This document shows, piece by piece, positions 17,189-24,852 of a stretch of DNA of 25,724 nt. The position numbers and the translations under genes were made by a program. The stretch comes from a virus. Lineage: Duplodnaviria; Heunggongvirae; Uroviricota; Caudoviricetes. The notes beneath the pieces were generated by a model, which was given only the letters and a program-made list of their open reading frames with translations, had not been told where the DNA came from and searched no databases. The number at the start of each line of letters is the position of its first letter. Position 1 is the stretch's first letter. The stretch lies in the IMG/VR virus record IMGVR_UViG_2778261058_000001; one strand, 5' to 3'.

Positions 17189-17250
17189 TGTTTAACAGAT
17201 CGATTATTAAGGTAAGCATGGGGGGCACCCCATAAAAGGTGTTTTATAGG

Positions 17251-17565
17251 TTATTCTGGAAAAAACGCCTGAATATTCTTTTTCACCTGCTGCATATGGG
17301 GGGCGCTGTCTGCTGCTGGTTGCGCCGGTTTTTCAGGCTGCACTGGTAGCGGTGGCATCCGTATTTCGTCTTCTGACCATTCTGCCAGCGAATACGCCAA
17401 CGCGGGGGTGCGTTTTATAAGAGCCAGTCCGGCCAGAAAAGCCGCGCGTTGTGCGCGGCTGCGTTCGGAGGCTGGCAGGCTGTCGAGGTAATTGCACGCC
17501 TCCCGTTCGCTCTTGACGACGGCGGGCTTCAGATAGAAACTTATCCGTCTGGTTGGTGTCGTCAT
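17251..17565 (-). CDS. parR: plasmid partition centromere-binding protein ParR (StbB)
   Basis: Track ORF 17251..17694 trimmed to the ATG at 17565..17563 with an AAGGAG ribosome-binding site (105 aa). ISFYLKP...CNYLDSLPASERSRAQRAAFLAGLAL parallels R1 ParR (IAFKLNP...CDTLDSIPQGERSRLNRAALTAGLAL) from memory; immediately downstream of parM. Confidence 0.8.
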   Translation of the reverse strand: MTTPTRRISFYLKPAVVKSEREACNYLDSLPASERSRAQRAAFLAGLALIKRTPALAYSLAEWSEDEIRMPPLPVQPEKPAQPAADSAPHMQQVKKNIQAFFPE

Positions 17566-17569
17566 TGGT

Positions 17570-18529
17570 TTACTCCTTGTCCATTGCGTACAGCCCATTA
17601 ACCAGAGCAAACTGTGGCACCCCGTCCGCGATGAAAGTCGCATTAACTCCGCAGGCTTCGCGGATAGCGGGTGCCACAATCTCCGCTCCTCCACCTACAA
17701 CCATCACCCGCCCGTAACCCGAAAAACCCGCCAGCGCGCGGATCACGCGTTGTTTCAGTGTTTCCTCCTTTTCACGAATAACTGCCATCAGGCTGGCGTA
17801 ATGTGCGTTATTGTGGATGTGCTGGCGCAGCCAAGCTTCATCGTGGCGATGTTCGATAATGGTATTAGCGATGTGGTGACTGGTACGCATACCGTTGGTG
17901 GCCATCACCGACAGCACGGCATCGGCCATCAGAGAAACGCCTACGTGTGGATCGCAAAACACCTGGCTGATACCTGCCAGTTGTCCCTGAACCTTTGCCA
18001 CATCCAGCGTGGTTCCGCCCAAATCCACAATCAGCAGGGATTCAAACTGACTCATGTCAGCCAGTGCCTTAAAGCCAGCCGGAATGGATTCAGGCATAAC
18101 CCGTACGTTGCGGATAGTGAATGCCTCACTGTTCTGATACTCCACCGGGCGCATAACGTTCGCTTTTTTGCGGTTGATGTTGGTCATATCCGGCTGGGCG
18201 TTTGTGTCGAAATACTCGCTCAGTGGCAGGGTGACAACCACATCCACTTCCTGTGGTGTGATACCTGATTTGACCAGCGCGTGATGAATGGCAATGACAT
18301 TCACATCGCTGTACTGGTATTGCGTGTCGGTCGTCTGGACAAAGCGATCGCTGACCGGATCAAAACCATAGCGCACGCCATCAAGCATGTAGTTTGCGGG
18401 CTGCGTGCCACCGAACGGCGCAGACCATTCCGACTTGAAGCTGTTCGGGCTGATGGCGTTGCGGCGTTCGCCGTTCTCAGTCCATGCCAGCTTGATGTTG
18501 GTGGAGCCGTCGTCGATACAAATTTTCAT
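17570..18529 (-). CDS. parM: actin-like plasmid segregation ATPase ParM (StbA)
   Basis: 319 aa. MKICIDDGSTNIKLAW, ISPNSFK, YSDVNVIAIHHAL, NAQPDMTNINRKKAN, VMPESIPAG, LIVDLGGTTLDV, VMVVGGGAE and LVNGLYAM all match remembered R1 ParM motifs along the full length. Confidence 0.9.
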   Translation of the reverse strand: MKICIDDGSTNIKLAWTENGERRNAISPNSFKSEWSAPFGGTQPANYMLDGVRYGFDPVSDRFVQTTDTQYQYSDVNVIAIHHALVKSGITPQEVDVVVTLPLSEYFDTNAQPDMTNINRKKANVMRPVEYQNSEAFTIRNVRVMPESIPAGFKALADMSQFESLLIVDLGGTTLDVAKVQGQLAGISQVFCDPHVGVSLMADAVLSVMATNGMRTSHHIANTIIEHRHDEAWLRQHIHNNAHYASLMAVIREKEETLKQRVIRALAGFSGYGRVMVVGGGAEIVAPAIREACGVNATFIADGVPQFALVNGLYAMDKE

Positions 18530-18560
18530 GTCGATTTTCCTTATGTTGGTTAATTAACCG

Positions 18561-18673
18561 TTTACGGGATTCTGAAATCCCGCTTTCGCCTGTTTTGTGC
18601 GCGCTTCATATATCGCGGCGCGTTTTTTGCTCATTTACGGGATTTGTAAATCCCGTTTTTGTCTGTTTTTTGT
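18561..18673. repeat. two ~40-bp direct repeats, each with a 6-bp hairpin, upstream of parM (parC-like or origin-like)
   Basis: Copy 1 at 18561-18598 (TTTACGGGATTCTGAAATCCCGCTTTCGCCTGTTTTGT); copy 2 at 18634-18673 (TTTACGGGATTTGTAAATCCCGTTTTTGTCTGTTTTTTGT). Each contains CGGGAT-N6-ATCCCG; copies are 73 bp apart. A 12-bp palindrome GGTTAATTAACC lies at 18548-18559. Confidence 0.5.
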
Positions 18674-21431
18674 TTCCACTGGTCAGGCCACCCCGCAGCA
18701 GGTTTGCTTTGCGGCGGGCGCGTTCAGTGGTTTCACTGATTCTCTGTGCGTGCTCTGCGTCACGGATGGCGCGCAGCATGTCAGAAAGCACGGTAACGGG
18801 TGTTTTCATGGTGTTCTGGTCTTGCTGAAGTGTGGATGCCAGGCGTGCGGCGGCTTCGGGGTCTGATGCCCCCAGCTGTTCCAGATAGCTGGCGACCGGG
18901 TTATGACGGATCTCCGTGCTGCTTACGCCGTGATTGCGGCTCAGGCGCTGCCAGAGCTGCGTGATTCGGCTGTCCGGGCGGGTATCCGGTTTGCGTACAA
19001 TTTCAAATCCCTGCGGTGCAATGATGCTGCCGTCAACGTACAGGCTGCCGCCCCGTAACAGGTGCTGCATCTGCTGTTCACCGATATGCAGGCCGAGAGA
19101 TTCAGCAGACTCCCGCCATTCTTTAGCGAGTAACTCGTGGTTATCAGGCAAAGGCTGTGGCTGTTTGCGGCTCTGTGTCCAGTTCTGCATTTCATCGCTG
19201 CTGTTTTTTGCCTGTTTGTCACGAAGCGAACGCATCAGCGCCCGGCGTTCGTGCCGTTTCAGTGAGCGCATCCATTCATTTACTTCAACGCCGTCAGGAA
19301 GCTGCGGCCACGGTGCTGGCCGTTCTTCCGGCTGTTCTGTCCCGTTGTTGTCCGTTTCCTGTACACGGGGACAGTTATTGCCACGAGTCCAAGGGGCGGC
19401 AGGGCCGCCCTGAAGGTCAAAACCATTTTCGCGGGTGCTGTCTTCCGCTTCCGGTTTACGTCTTACCAGCTTCCAGTTATCCGGATGCGTGCACACACGG
19501 GAGGATTCCCCGATGAGTGGTGACCAGATCCCGTAAATCTGTACACTCTGCTCGCCGTAATCGTTCAGCTCATCTGCGAGGTCGTAGGCGGTGCGAATCA
19601 GGTAGTCTTTGCGTGGAACAAGTACGCCGCCCTGTTTCTCTATGTAGGTGGCAAAACATCCGGCATCAGCGGCAGCGAGTACCGCATCCATTGCGTCATT
19701 TTCCAGACGTTGCGGTCCCTGTGGGTTACGTGCCATCTGACAGGCAAGGCGGCGCAGTTCACGCCACACCTGACGGGAGGGGATGCCAAAGAACTGGAAC
19801 TGGCGGACCCGGTGAAGGCGCGCCCAGCCGATGGCGCGTTCCACGCTTTCTGCCATCGTCTTTCCTGATTCGTCGTCGATGCGCGGTTTGCCTGTTTTCG
19901 GGTCAATGCCATCCACGGCGCGGCTGTCCAGGTTCTTTCCGATGTAGGTGGCGATGTAGCTGGTCGGCGTACCTTTCGAACCGTCGACGTACTCTGCCTT
20001 AAAGCGCGGAGTTATGTCATTGCCCAGCTCGTGGCGGTCTTCGCGAATGGCAATATCACGGGTGATGTCCACGATGCTGTCGATTTCTTCAGGATGTGCA
20101 AAGACCATCATGTGCCAGTGCACGGTGCCGTCATGGTGAGGCTCCACCGTGCGAATGCCATACCAGCGCAGGCCGTCGCGGTTCAGTTTTTTGCGGACCG
20201 CCTTAAAAAACGTGTTAACCAGGTAATCGCTGGAATCGCGCATGGTGGCCCCGTTCCATTTGGGGTTCGGATGACCGTTCTCCGTTGTTGCGTGGTACTT
20301 CGAAGGGGTAGTGACAGTCAGAAACACCGCTTTGTCGCCACGGGCTTCGGCCAGAAGTTCCAGCCCCTTCATGGTGGCCATCATTTCTGCCTTACGGTGA
20401 ACCGGGTTACTTACTCCCGCGTAATACACTGTCTCGAGATCAATCGTGAACCCGTCTTCGTTTTCCAGCATGAAACTTTTCAGGAAATCGCGTGTTTTCT
20501 CGCGCTGTGCGCGAAACTCGCTTAACGCGTCCTGGCTCAGATAAGGCGATGTTTTTCTGGAAACCAGACAGGCGGCGCGGAGTTGTTCTTCTCTCCACTC
20601 GCAACGTAACAGCCACAGTTTGCGTTTCCACCAGTCCGCACAGGTCAGGCGAAGGATTGCGCCCGGCAGCAGTTCCGTATCCGGTTCGCTCTTGTTCAGG
20701 GCTTCGTAATGTGGCGGCATGATGTGCAGGCGTAATGCGATACGAGCCAGCATCCGGTAAGCCTTCAACATTACATCCATGGTCAGCTCGCCATCTCTGG
20801 CACCAAAGCCATCGCAGAGTGTTTCGAAGGTGCTGCTGAACATCGCCGCGGTCATGGTGGCCAGCGTCTGTATCTGGTGCTTGTTGAGCTGCGGCAGGTA
20901 AAGCAAATCGTCCAGGCGTTCGCGCCCGGCAAGGGAGCGATAACCCGGTGTCAGCCAGCGATGATCGGTGCGGTCCAGACGTTCGAATATTTTGCGCAGG
21001 GTCCCACGCGCATAGCGTTCTGCCTGCCTAGCGTTTTTTCCTTTCTGACGATCGGCTTCCTGTTTTTTGCGCAGGAAGGAGAGGTGGCGGCTCAGTGGTT
21101 CACGCAGATAAACAGGTAGTGCCTTTAGTGTGGCAAAGGCACGGGCTACTGGGTCTTGTTCTGTTGCCCGGCGCTTACTGATGATGCTCTGTGCCAGCTT
21201 TTCACGCTGTCCGGCTTCCTCAAGGGATGCCATGAGTTTTTTACCCATGGCGGATTGTGCGAAAAAGGCTTCTTCCTTCGCTTCCTGTTCTTCCCGTGCC
21301 CTTTTGTCTGCCTCAAGGTAGTAACGGATGGCGCGTTGCAGGTCGGTTTCAGTTTCCTGCCTGCGCTCCGTAAATCTGGCCGGATCAATGGCTGGCCGTG
21401 GTTCATTCCAGCTCCATGCAAACTCGCTCAT
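18606..21431 (-). CDS. A: rolling-circle replication initiator (HUH endonuclease), P2 gpA-like
   Basis: Track ORF 18606..21458 trimmed to the ATG at 21431..21429, which overlaps the upstream stop (ATGA); 941 aa. HUH motif VHWHMMVF and tyrosine motif TSYIATYIGKN (Y-x3-Y then K) as in P2 and phiX174 gene A proteins. Convergent with Q/P as in P2. Confidence 0.8.
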   Translation of the reverse strand: MSEFAWSWNEPRPAIDPARFTERRQETETDLQRAIRYYLEADKRAREEQEAKEEAFFAQSAMGKKLMASLEEAGQREKLAQSIISKRRATEQDPVARAFATLKALPVYLREPLSRHLSFLRKKQEADRQKGKNARQAERYARGTLRKIFERLDRTDHRWLTPGYRSLAGRERLDDLLYLPQLNKHQIQTLATMTAAMFSSTFETLCDGFGARDGELTMDVMLKAYRMLARIALRLHIMPPHYEALNKSEPDTELLPGAILRLTCADWWKRKLWLLRCEWREEQLRAACLVSRKTSPYLSQDALSEFRAQREKTRDFLKSFMLENEDGFTIDLETVYYAGVSNPVHRKAEMMATMKGLELLAEARGDKAVFLTVTTPSKYHATTENGHPNPKWNGATMRDSSDYLVNTFFKAVRKKLNRDGLRWYGIRTVEPHHDGTVHWHMMVFAHPEEIDSIVDITRDIAIREDRHELGNDITPRFKAEYVDGSKGTPTSYIATYIGKNLDSRAVDGIDPKTGKPRIDDESGKTMAESVERAIGWARLHRVRQFQFFGIPSRQVWRELRRLACQMARNPQGPQRLENDAMDAVLAAADAGCFATYIEKQGGVLVPRKDYLIRTAYDLADELNDYGEQSVQIYGIWSPLIGESSRVCTHPDNWKLVRRKPEAEDSTRENGFDLQGGPAAPWTRGNNCPRVQETDNNGTEQPEERPAPWPQLPDGVEVNEWMRSLKRHERRALMRSLRDKQAKNSSDEMQNWTQSRKQPQPLPDNHELLAKEWRESAESLGLHIGEQQMQHLLRGGSLYVDGSIIAPQGFEIVRKPDTRPDSRITQLWQRLSRNHGVSSTEIRHNPVASYLEQLGASDPEAAARLASTLQQDQNTMKTPVTVLSDMLRAIRDAEHAQRISETTERARRKANLLRGGLTSGNKKQTKTGFTNPVNEQKTRRDI

Positions 21432-21817
21432 GGCTGGTATCCCGTCACGCGCTGCCACTCCTGCGAGAAGATGGCGGAAAGGCGGTTAAATTCAGCGGTG
21501 TATTCACTCAGCGAGGCACACCCGCCAGCAGTGCGATGCGCCAGCATTGCCGCGAATACGGAGGCCGGGGAGTCGTAATACGCCAGCAGTGATTCGCCGT
21601 GTGGTGTCAGGCAGTGCAACGCCAGCCCGTGTGGTGTGAAGTCCACGCGGTAGCAGTCGTCTACTGTGAAATAAAGGGTGTCCGCATTCTCCGGTTTTGT
21701 AGTGCGTGCTCTGTTGTCACGACCACGGATGTAAAGATCAAATAATCCCTGAAGAACGGGAGCCAGACGGGTGTCCTGTGTGCGCACCCATCTTGTGAAG
21801 TCATGAGCGTCAATCAT
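21428..21817 (-). CDS. hypothetical early protein upstream of gene A (positional analogue of P2 B region)
   Basis: 129-aa ORF translationally coupled to A (ATGA); no family recognised. Confidence 0.4.
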   Translation of the reverse strand: MIDAHDFTRWVRTQDTRLAPVLQGLFDLYIRGRDNRARTTKPENADTLYFTVDDCYRVDFTPHGLALHCLTPHGESLLAYYDSPASVFAAMLAHRTAGGCASLSEYTAEFNRLSAIFSQEWQRVTGYQP

Positions 21818-21889
21818 GCTGCAATTCTCTTTACTACAGATGTGCGAAGGCCTCCCGCCGCAAGGTGCAGGAAAGGCCCGGAACAGGAA

Positions 21890-22120
21890 TTAATGGAGTT
21901 TGTTTTGCTGCTGGATGAGCTGCTGAAGCTCGCGCAGATCATCCGCCAGATAGCTGAAAACAGCGGATGAATAGAGGTTTGAAAGTTCGCAGCTACGCTC
22001 ATGCAGCATATTGATGTGCATGATTTTAGCGACGCGGAATGCGCGGGAAAGTCTGCGGTTGATTTCAGTCTGGATGTGACGACGCTCCGCGATAGCGCGG
22101 TGCTGTTTGCGGTTTGCCAT
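21890..22120 (-). CDS. small basic protein, first gene of the early operon (76 aa)
   Basis: ATG at 22120..22118 with a GAGG ribosome-binding site; basic N-terminus (MANRKQHRAIAERRHIQ...). Function unknown; occupies the position of cox-type early regulators. Confidence 0.4.
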   Translation of the reverse strand: MANRKQHRAIAERRHIQTEINRRLSRAFRVAKIMHINMLHERSCELSNLYSSAVFSYLADDLRELQQLIQQQNKLH

Positions 22121-22130
22121 GGTGTGGCCT

Positions 22131-22349
22131 CGTGTATAGTAAGTTTTGAAAACTCACCATCCAGAGGTGGAAAACTCGGGGTGGTGAGACGTACAGGGTT
22201 TCCACAACCGGCTATACACGAACCCGGCCCGACCGAAGTCGGCCCCATACGCCCCACCATAATTCTGACGCGAAAAAGACGTGGCGATACGGTACGCACA
22301 AAAAAACCGCTGGCGCGGTTGTGCGCGTGTATAGTCAGCGGGGTGGAAA
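22131..22349. promoter_or_regulatory. array of three bipartite repeat elements (CGTGTATAG ... GTGGAAA), middle copy inverted
   Basis: E1: CGTGTATAG 22131-22139 with GTGGAAA 22167-22173. E2 (inverted): TTTCCAC 22199-22205 with CTATACACG 22212-22220. E3: CGTGTATAG 22326-22334 with GTGGAAA 22343-22349. E1 overlaps the 5' leader and ribosome-binding site of the first early gene. Confidence 0.55.
22296..22320 (-). terminator. rho-independent terminator, minus strand
   Basis: Minus-strand RNA reads AACCGC-GCCA-GCGGUU followed by UUUUUUUGUG (plus strand 22296-22320: ACAAAAAAACCGCTGGCGCGGTT). Short GC-rich 6-bp stem with a 7-U tract. Confidence 0.5.
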
Positions 22350-22456
22350 TCCCGGCACCCGTTTTATGAGGTGCAGCGGAAATGTAACCTGACTGATTGC
22401 GGCATGGCAAGCGGTTTTTTTGTGAGAACGGCATACTAAAAAATCCTGATGCTGCT

Positions 22457-22481
22457 CCGGCCAGCGGTTTCCACTGGCCGG
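22457..22481 (-). terminator. hairpin 7 nt downstream of the SPFH gene stop
   Basis: CCGGCCAG / CGGTTTCCA / CTGGCCGG gives an 8-bp stem; on the minus-strand RNA the U-run (AUUUUUUAG) begins about 11 nt after the stem, so it is an imperfect terminator. Confidence 0.4.
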
Positions 22482-22487
22482 GTTTAA

Positions 22488-23318
22488 TTACTTCACCGGA
22501 ACAAACGGAACAGCGGTATTACTGGTCATGTATTGCGGCAGCGTGCCGTTCCATTTGTTGATAGCTTCCAGCTCCATAACGCCGGGGTTCTGGCGCAGAG
22601 CTTCACCGCGCAAACGAATGGCGTCGGCTTCAGCCTGGGCTTTTGTGCGAATGGCATCAGCCTGTCCGGCTGCTTCTGCGCGTAGCATGTTGGCTTCTGC
22701 TTCGCGCTGCTTGACTTCCTGTTCGCGTTGCAGAGTTTTCTGGTTTGCCGTGACTTTGGCATTAATGCTGTCGATAACGGTTGGTGGGTATTCCGGTTTA
22801 CCGACATAAGAGAGGCTCATTACCTGAATGCCGATAGGTGTCATTTCTGCCTGAATGTCTTTAAGTGCTGAATCCAGCAGTTCAGACTTGCCGCCGTCGA
22901 TAAATTTATCGGTGGTCATTTTGCTGGCCAGTCGGTTGAGTGCGTCGGCGATCTTCTGGCGCAGGTCAGTGTCGGTAATGTCATCCACGCCTTTGCGGTA
23001 GGTCTGAAACACTGTAGTAACTTTGGATGGATCAACCTTGTAGGCCACACCGATGTGATAGCCGATGGTTGTGCCGTCACTCATCTGAAAGCTGAACGGC
23101 TCATCGTAGGTCTTCATTTGTTTGAAGGTTGGGAAGATGTAAACCTCTGTATTCCAGCCTGTCCAGTAGCGGCCAACGCCAACTACTTCGCCGACGCCTT
23201 TGTCGTCGCCCAGCTTGTTGACTTTGATGCCCACATTACCTGGCTCAACGCGATCGCAACCAACCAGCAGGATGGCGGCAAAAAGCGGGAGAATCTGAAA
23301 GAGTTTGAATTTCTTCAT
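22488..23318 (-). CDS. SPFH (band 7 / stomatin-prohibitin) domain lipoprotein
   Basis: 276 aa. N-terminal lipoprotein signal with lipobox LLVGC; central SPFH-like region; C-terminal Ala/Glu/Arg-rich coiled segment (REQEVKQREAEANMLRAEAAGQADAIR...). Confidence 0.7.
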   Translation of the reverse strand: MKKFKLFQILPLFAAILLVGCDRVEPGNVGIKVNKLGDDKGVGEVVGVGRYWTGWNTEVYIFPTFKQMKTYDEPFSFQMSDGTTIGYHIGVAYKVDPSKVTTVFQTYRKGVDDITDTDLRQKIADALNRLASKMTTDKFIDGGKSELLDSALKDIQAEMTPIGIQVMSLSYVGKPEYPPTVIDSINAKVTANQKTLQREQEVKQREAEANMLRAEAAGQADAIRTKAQAEADAIRLRGEALRQNPGVMELEAINKWNGTLPQYMTSNTAVPFVPVK

Positions 23319-23518
23319 TGTTTGATTTCCTTGATGTACTTACTGAAAAGGCGAACAACGCCTGCCGGGTACAGCATGGCAATGAAAATGCCCAGCAATA
23401 CCAGGAAGGAGCTGTCTGATGAAATCATTCGGGGGAGTAGTCCTGCATACAGAATGAGAGAGACGAGGACGCATACCAGCGCCCACATGTATGCGCGAAA
23501 CCAGGTCTTTTTGTTCAT
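23315..23518 (-). CDS. small two-helix membrane protein (67 aa) coupled to the SPFH gene
   Basis: Two hydrophobic helices (WALVCVLVSLILYAGLL; FLVLLGIFIAMLYPAGVV); stop overlaps the SPFH start (ATGA). Confidence 0.55.
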   Translation of the reverse strand: MNKKTWFRAYMWALVCVLVSLILYAGLLPRMISSDSSFLVLLGIFIAMLYPAGVVRLFSKYIKEIKQ

Positions 23519-23529
23519 ATCGCGGTCCT

Positions 23530-23829
23530 TTACTGGTTAAGGAAAAAATCGAAAACGTTGTCGATGCGTTGCAGCAGCTCCTGCTGCATTGCTTCCGGCG
23601 TTTCTGATTCACCTGGTGACTCCAGCGTCGCGCAAAAATCCTTGATTTCATGATGGAGCGTCAGACGAATGGCAGGAGCCGTGGTTCTGGCGTGCTCCAG
23701 CTCATCCAACAGTGCCAGCACAGCAGACGGCGAGAGCATTGCGCGAAACGCCAGTAATTTTTGATGCGTTGCCATTCGTTGCAGGGCAAATGCCAGTTCG
23801 CGTAGCTTCTGGTGGTTGATGGTGCTCAT
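23530..23829 (-). CDS. hypothetical protein (99 aa)
   Basis: ORF on the minus-strand operon; start overlaps the upstream stop (ATGA); no family recognised. Confidence 0.4.
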   Translation of the reverse strand: MSTINHQKLRELAFALQRMATHQKLLAFRAMLSPSAVLALLDELEHARTTAPAIRLTLHHEIKDFCATLESPGESETPEAMQQELLQRIDNVFDFFLNQ

Positions 23830-24092
23830 GCTCTGGCTTCCTTCAGTAGCTGGTTAAACATGTGAGTAAGTGGATTGCTACACCCGAACGGCATCGGGTT
23901 TACGTGGTAAGAAGCCTGGCCTCCTGTTTTGCGAGCGCGACCACCTGTGCTGCGGTTTGTTCTGATGACTAAGCCGCCGCGCCAAAGTCGGCGTAACTCA
24001 GCATTAATGGCTGTGGTTGGGGTATTCAGTGCTGCGGCGATTTCTCCACCGCTACACCCCGGATTGGCGGCGATATAGTCCAGAATGGTCAT
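23826..24092 (-). CDS. putative winged-helix DNA-binding protein (88 aa)
   Basis: Track ORF 23826..24152 trimmed to the ATG at 24092..24090 with an AGGAG ribosome-binding site. MTILDYIAANPGCSGGEIAAALNTPTTAINAELRRLWRGGLVIR looks like a winged helix-turn-helix. Confidence 0.45.
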   Translation of the reverse strand: MTILDYIAANPGCSGGEIAAALNTPTTAINAELRRLWRGGLVIRTNRSTGGRARKTGGQASYHVNPMPFGCSNPLTHMFNQLLKEARA

Positions 24093-24117
24093 CTTCGTGG
24101 CTCCTGTACCCTGATCG

Positions 24118-24318
24118 TTAGTTGCCTGCTTTTTTGCGCAGAACCTGTACATACATCACGTTAGTAGCCGTGTAATGCTTCCCGTTCTTAAGCCAGATGT
24201 GATGAATACCGGGCTCGCTGCGGGAGGGGGCTGTTCTGTCGTGATCGATCAGGCTGTCTTCCACGTCGTATTCAATGCCGCCCGATGTGAAATGTACGGT
24301 TAAGAATGATTTGATCAT
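24118..24318 (-). CDS. hypothetical protein (66 aa)
   Basis: Track ORF 24118..24342 trimmed to the ATG at 24318..24316, which has an AAGGAG ribosome-binding site. Confidence 0.35.
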   Translation of the reverse strand: MIKSFLTVHFTSGGIEYDVEDSLIDHDRTAPSRSEPGIHHIWLKNGKHYTATNVMYVQVLRKKAGN

Positions 24319-24346
24319 CGCTGTGCTCCTTTGGTTTTTCATGGGG

Positions 24347-24760
24347 TTATGCGTTAAATGGGGAAGAGGTTGCTATGTCGATGAACGCAATCCGGTCGCG
24401 TCTGATGATGTGTACATCACTCAGCGGTTCGCTCTCATTTGCCGGAACCGCAGCAATCATGTAGCTCCCCTGCAGGTCTGCCAGGATGATGTATTCCTGT
24501 TGTGGGTTGTTGATGATAAAGACCCGTTTCCCAATGCTGGGGAAAGAAGTGTTGGTGCCGGCTAATTGAGCTTTGAGAGTGCTGATTTCGTTGTTCAGGC
24601 TTTCAATAAGTCCAGCAGCACTTGCGGTGACTTCTGCTATAGCCATTGAACGAACATAAAAGGGAATAAGCCCTTCTCTCAGTGCCTGCCTGGCTAATGC
24701 ATCTTCCATTTCTGATATTTTTTTCAGTTTGGTGATGGTGACTGTATCTTTAGCGTTCAT
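24347..24760 (-). CDS. hypothetical protein (137 aa)
   Basis: ORF in the same minus-strand gene train; no family recognised. Confidence 0.4.
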   Translation of the reverse strand: MNAKDTVTITKLKKISEMEDALARQALREGLIPFYVRSMAIAEVTASAAGLIESLNNEISTLKAQLAGTNTSFPSIGKRVFIINNPQQEYIILADLQGSYMIAAVPANESEPLSDVHIIRRDRIAFIDIATSSPFNA

Positions 24761-24852
24761 TTTGTATCCTCGTTATTTGTGTGTGCGAATACCTCCGCGA
24801 GTGCGGATTGTTTTCACGTTTTCTTGTTTAATGTGGTGTTTTATTTGTGCTG

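Noticed and set aside
18934-20002. Plus-strand ORFs of 159 and 161 aa
   Set aside because: Antisense within replication gene A; Arg/Cys/Ser-rich composition.
21814-22434. 206-aa minus-strand ORF spanning the first early gene and the repeat-rich leader
   Set aside because: Out of frame with the gene that has a ribosome-binding site; Ser/Cys-rich low-complexity translation; the region is better explained as regulatory DNA.
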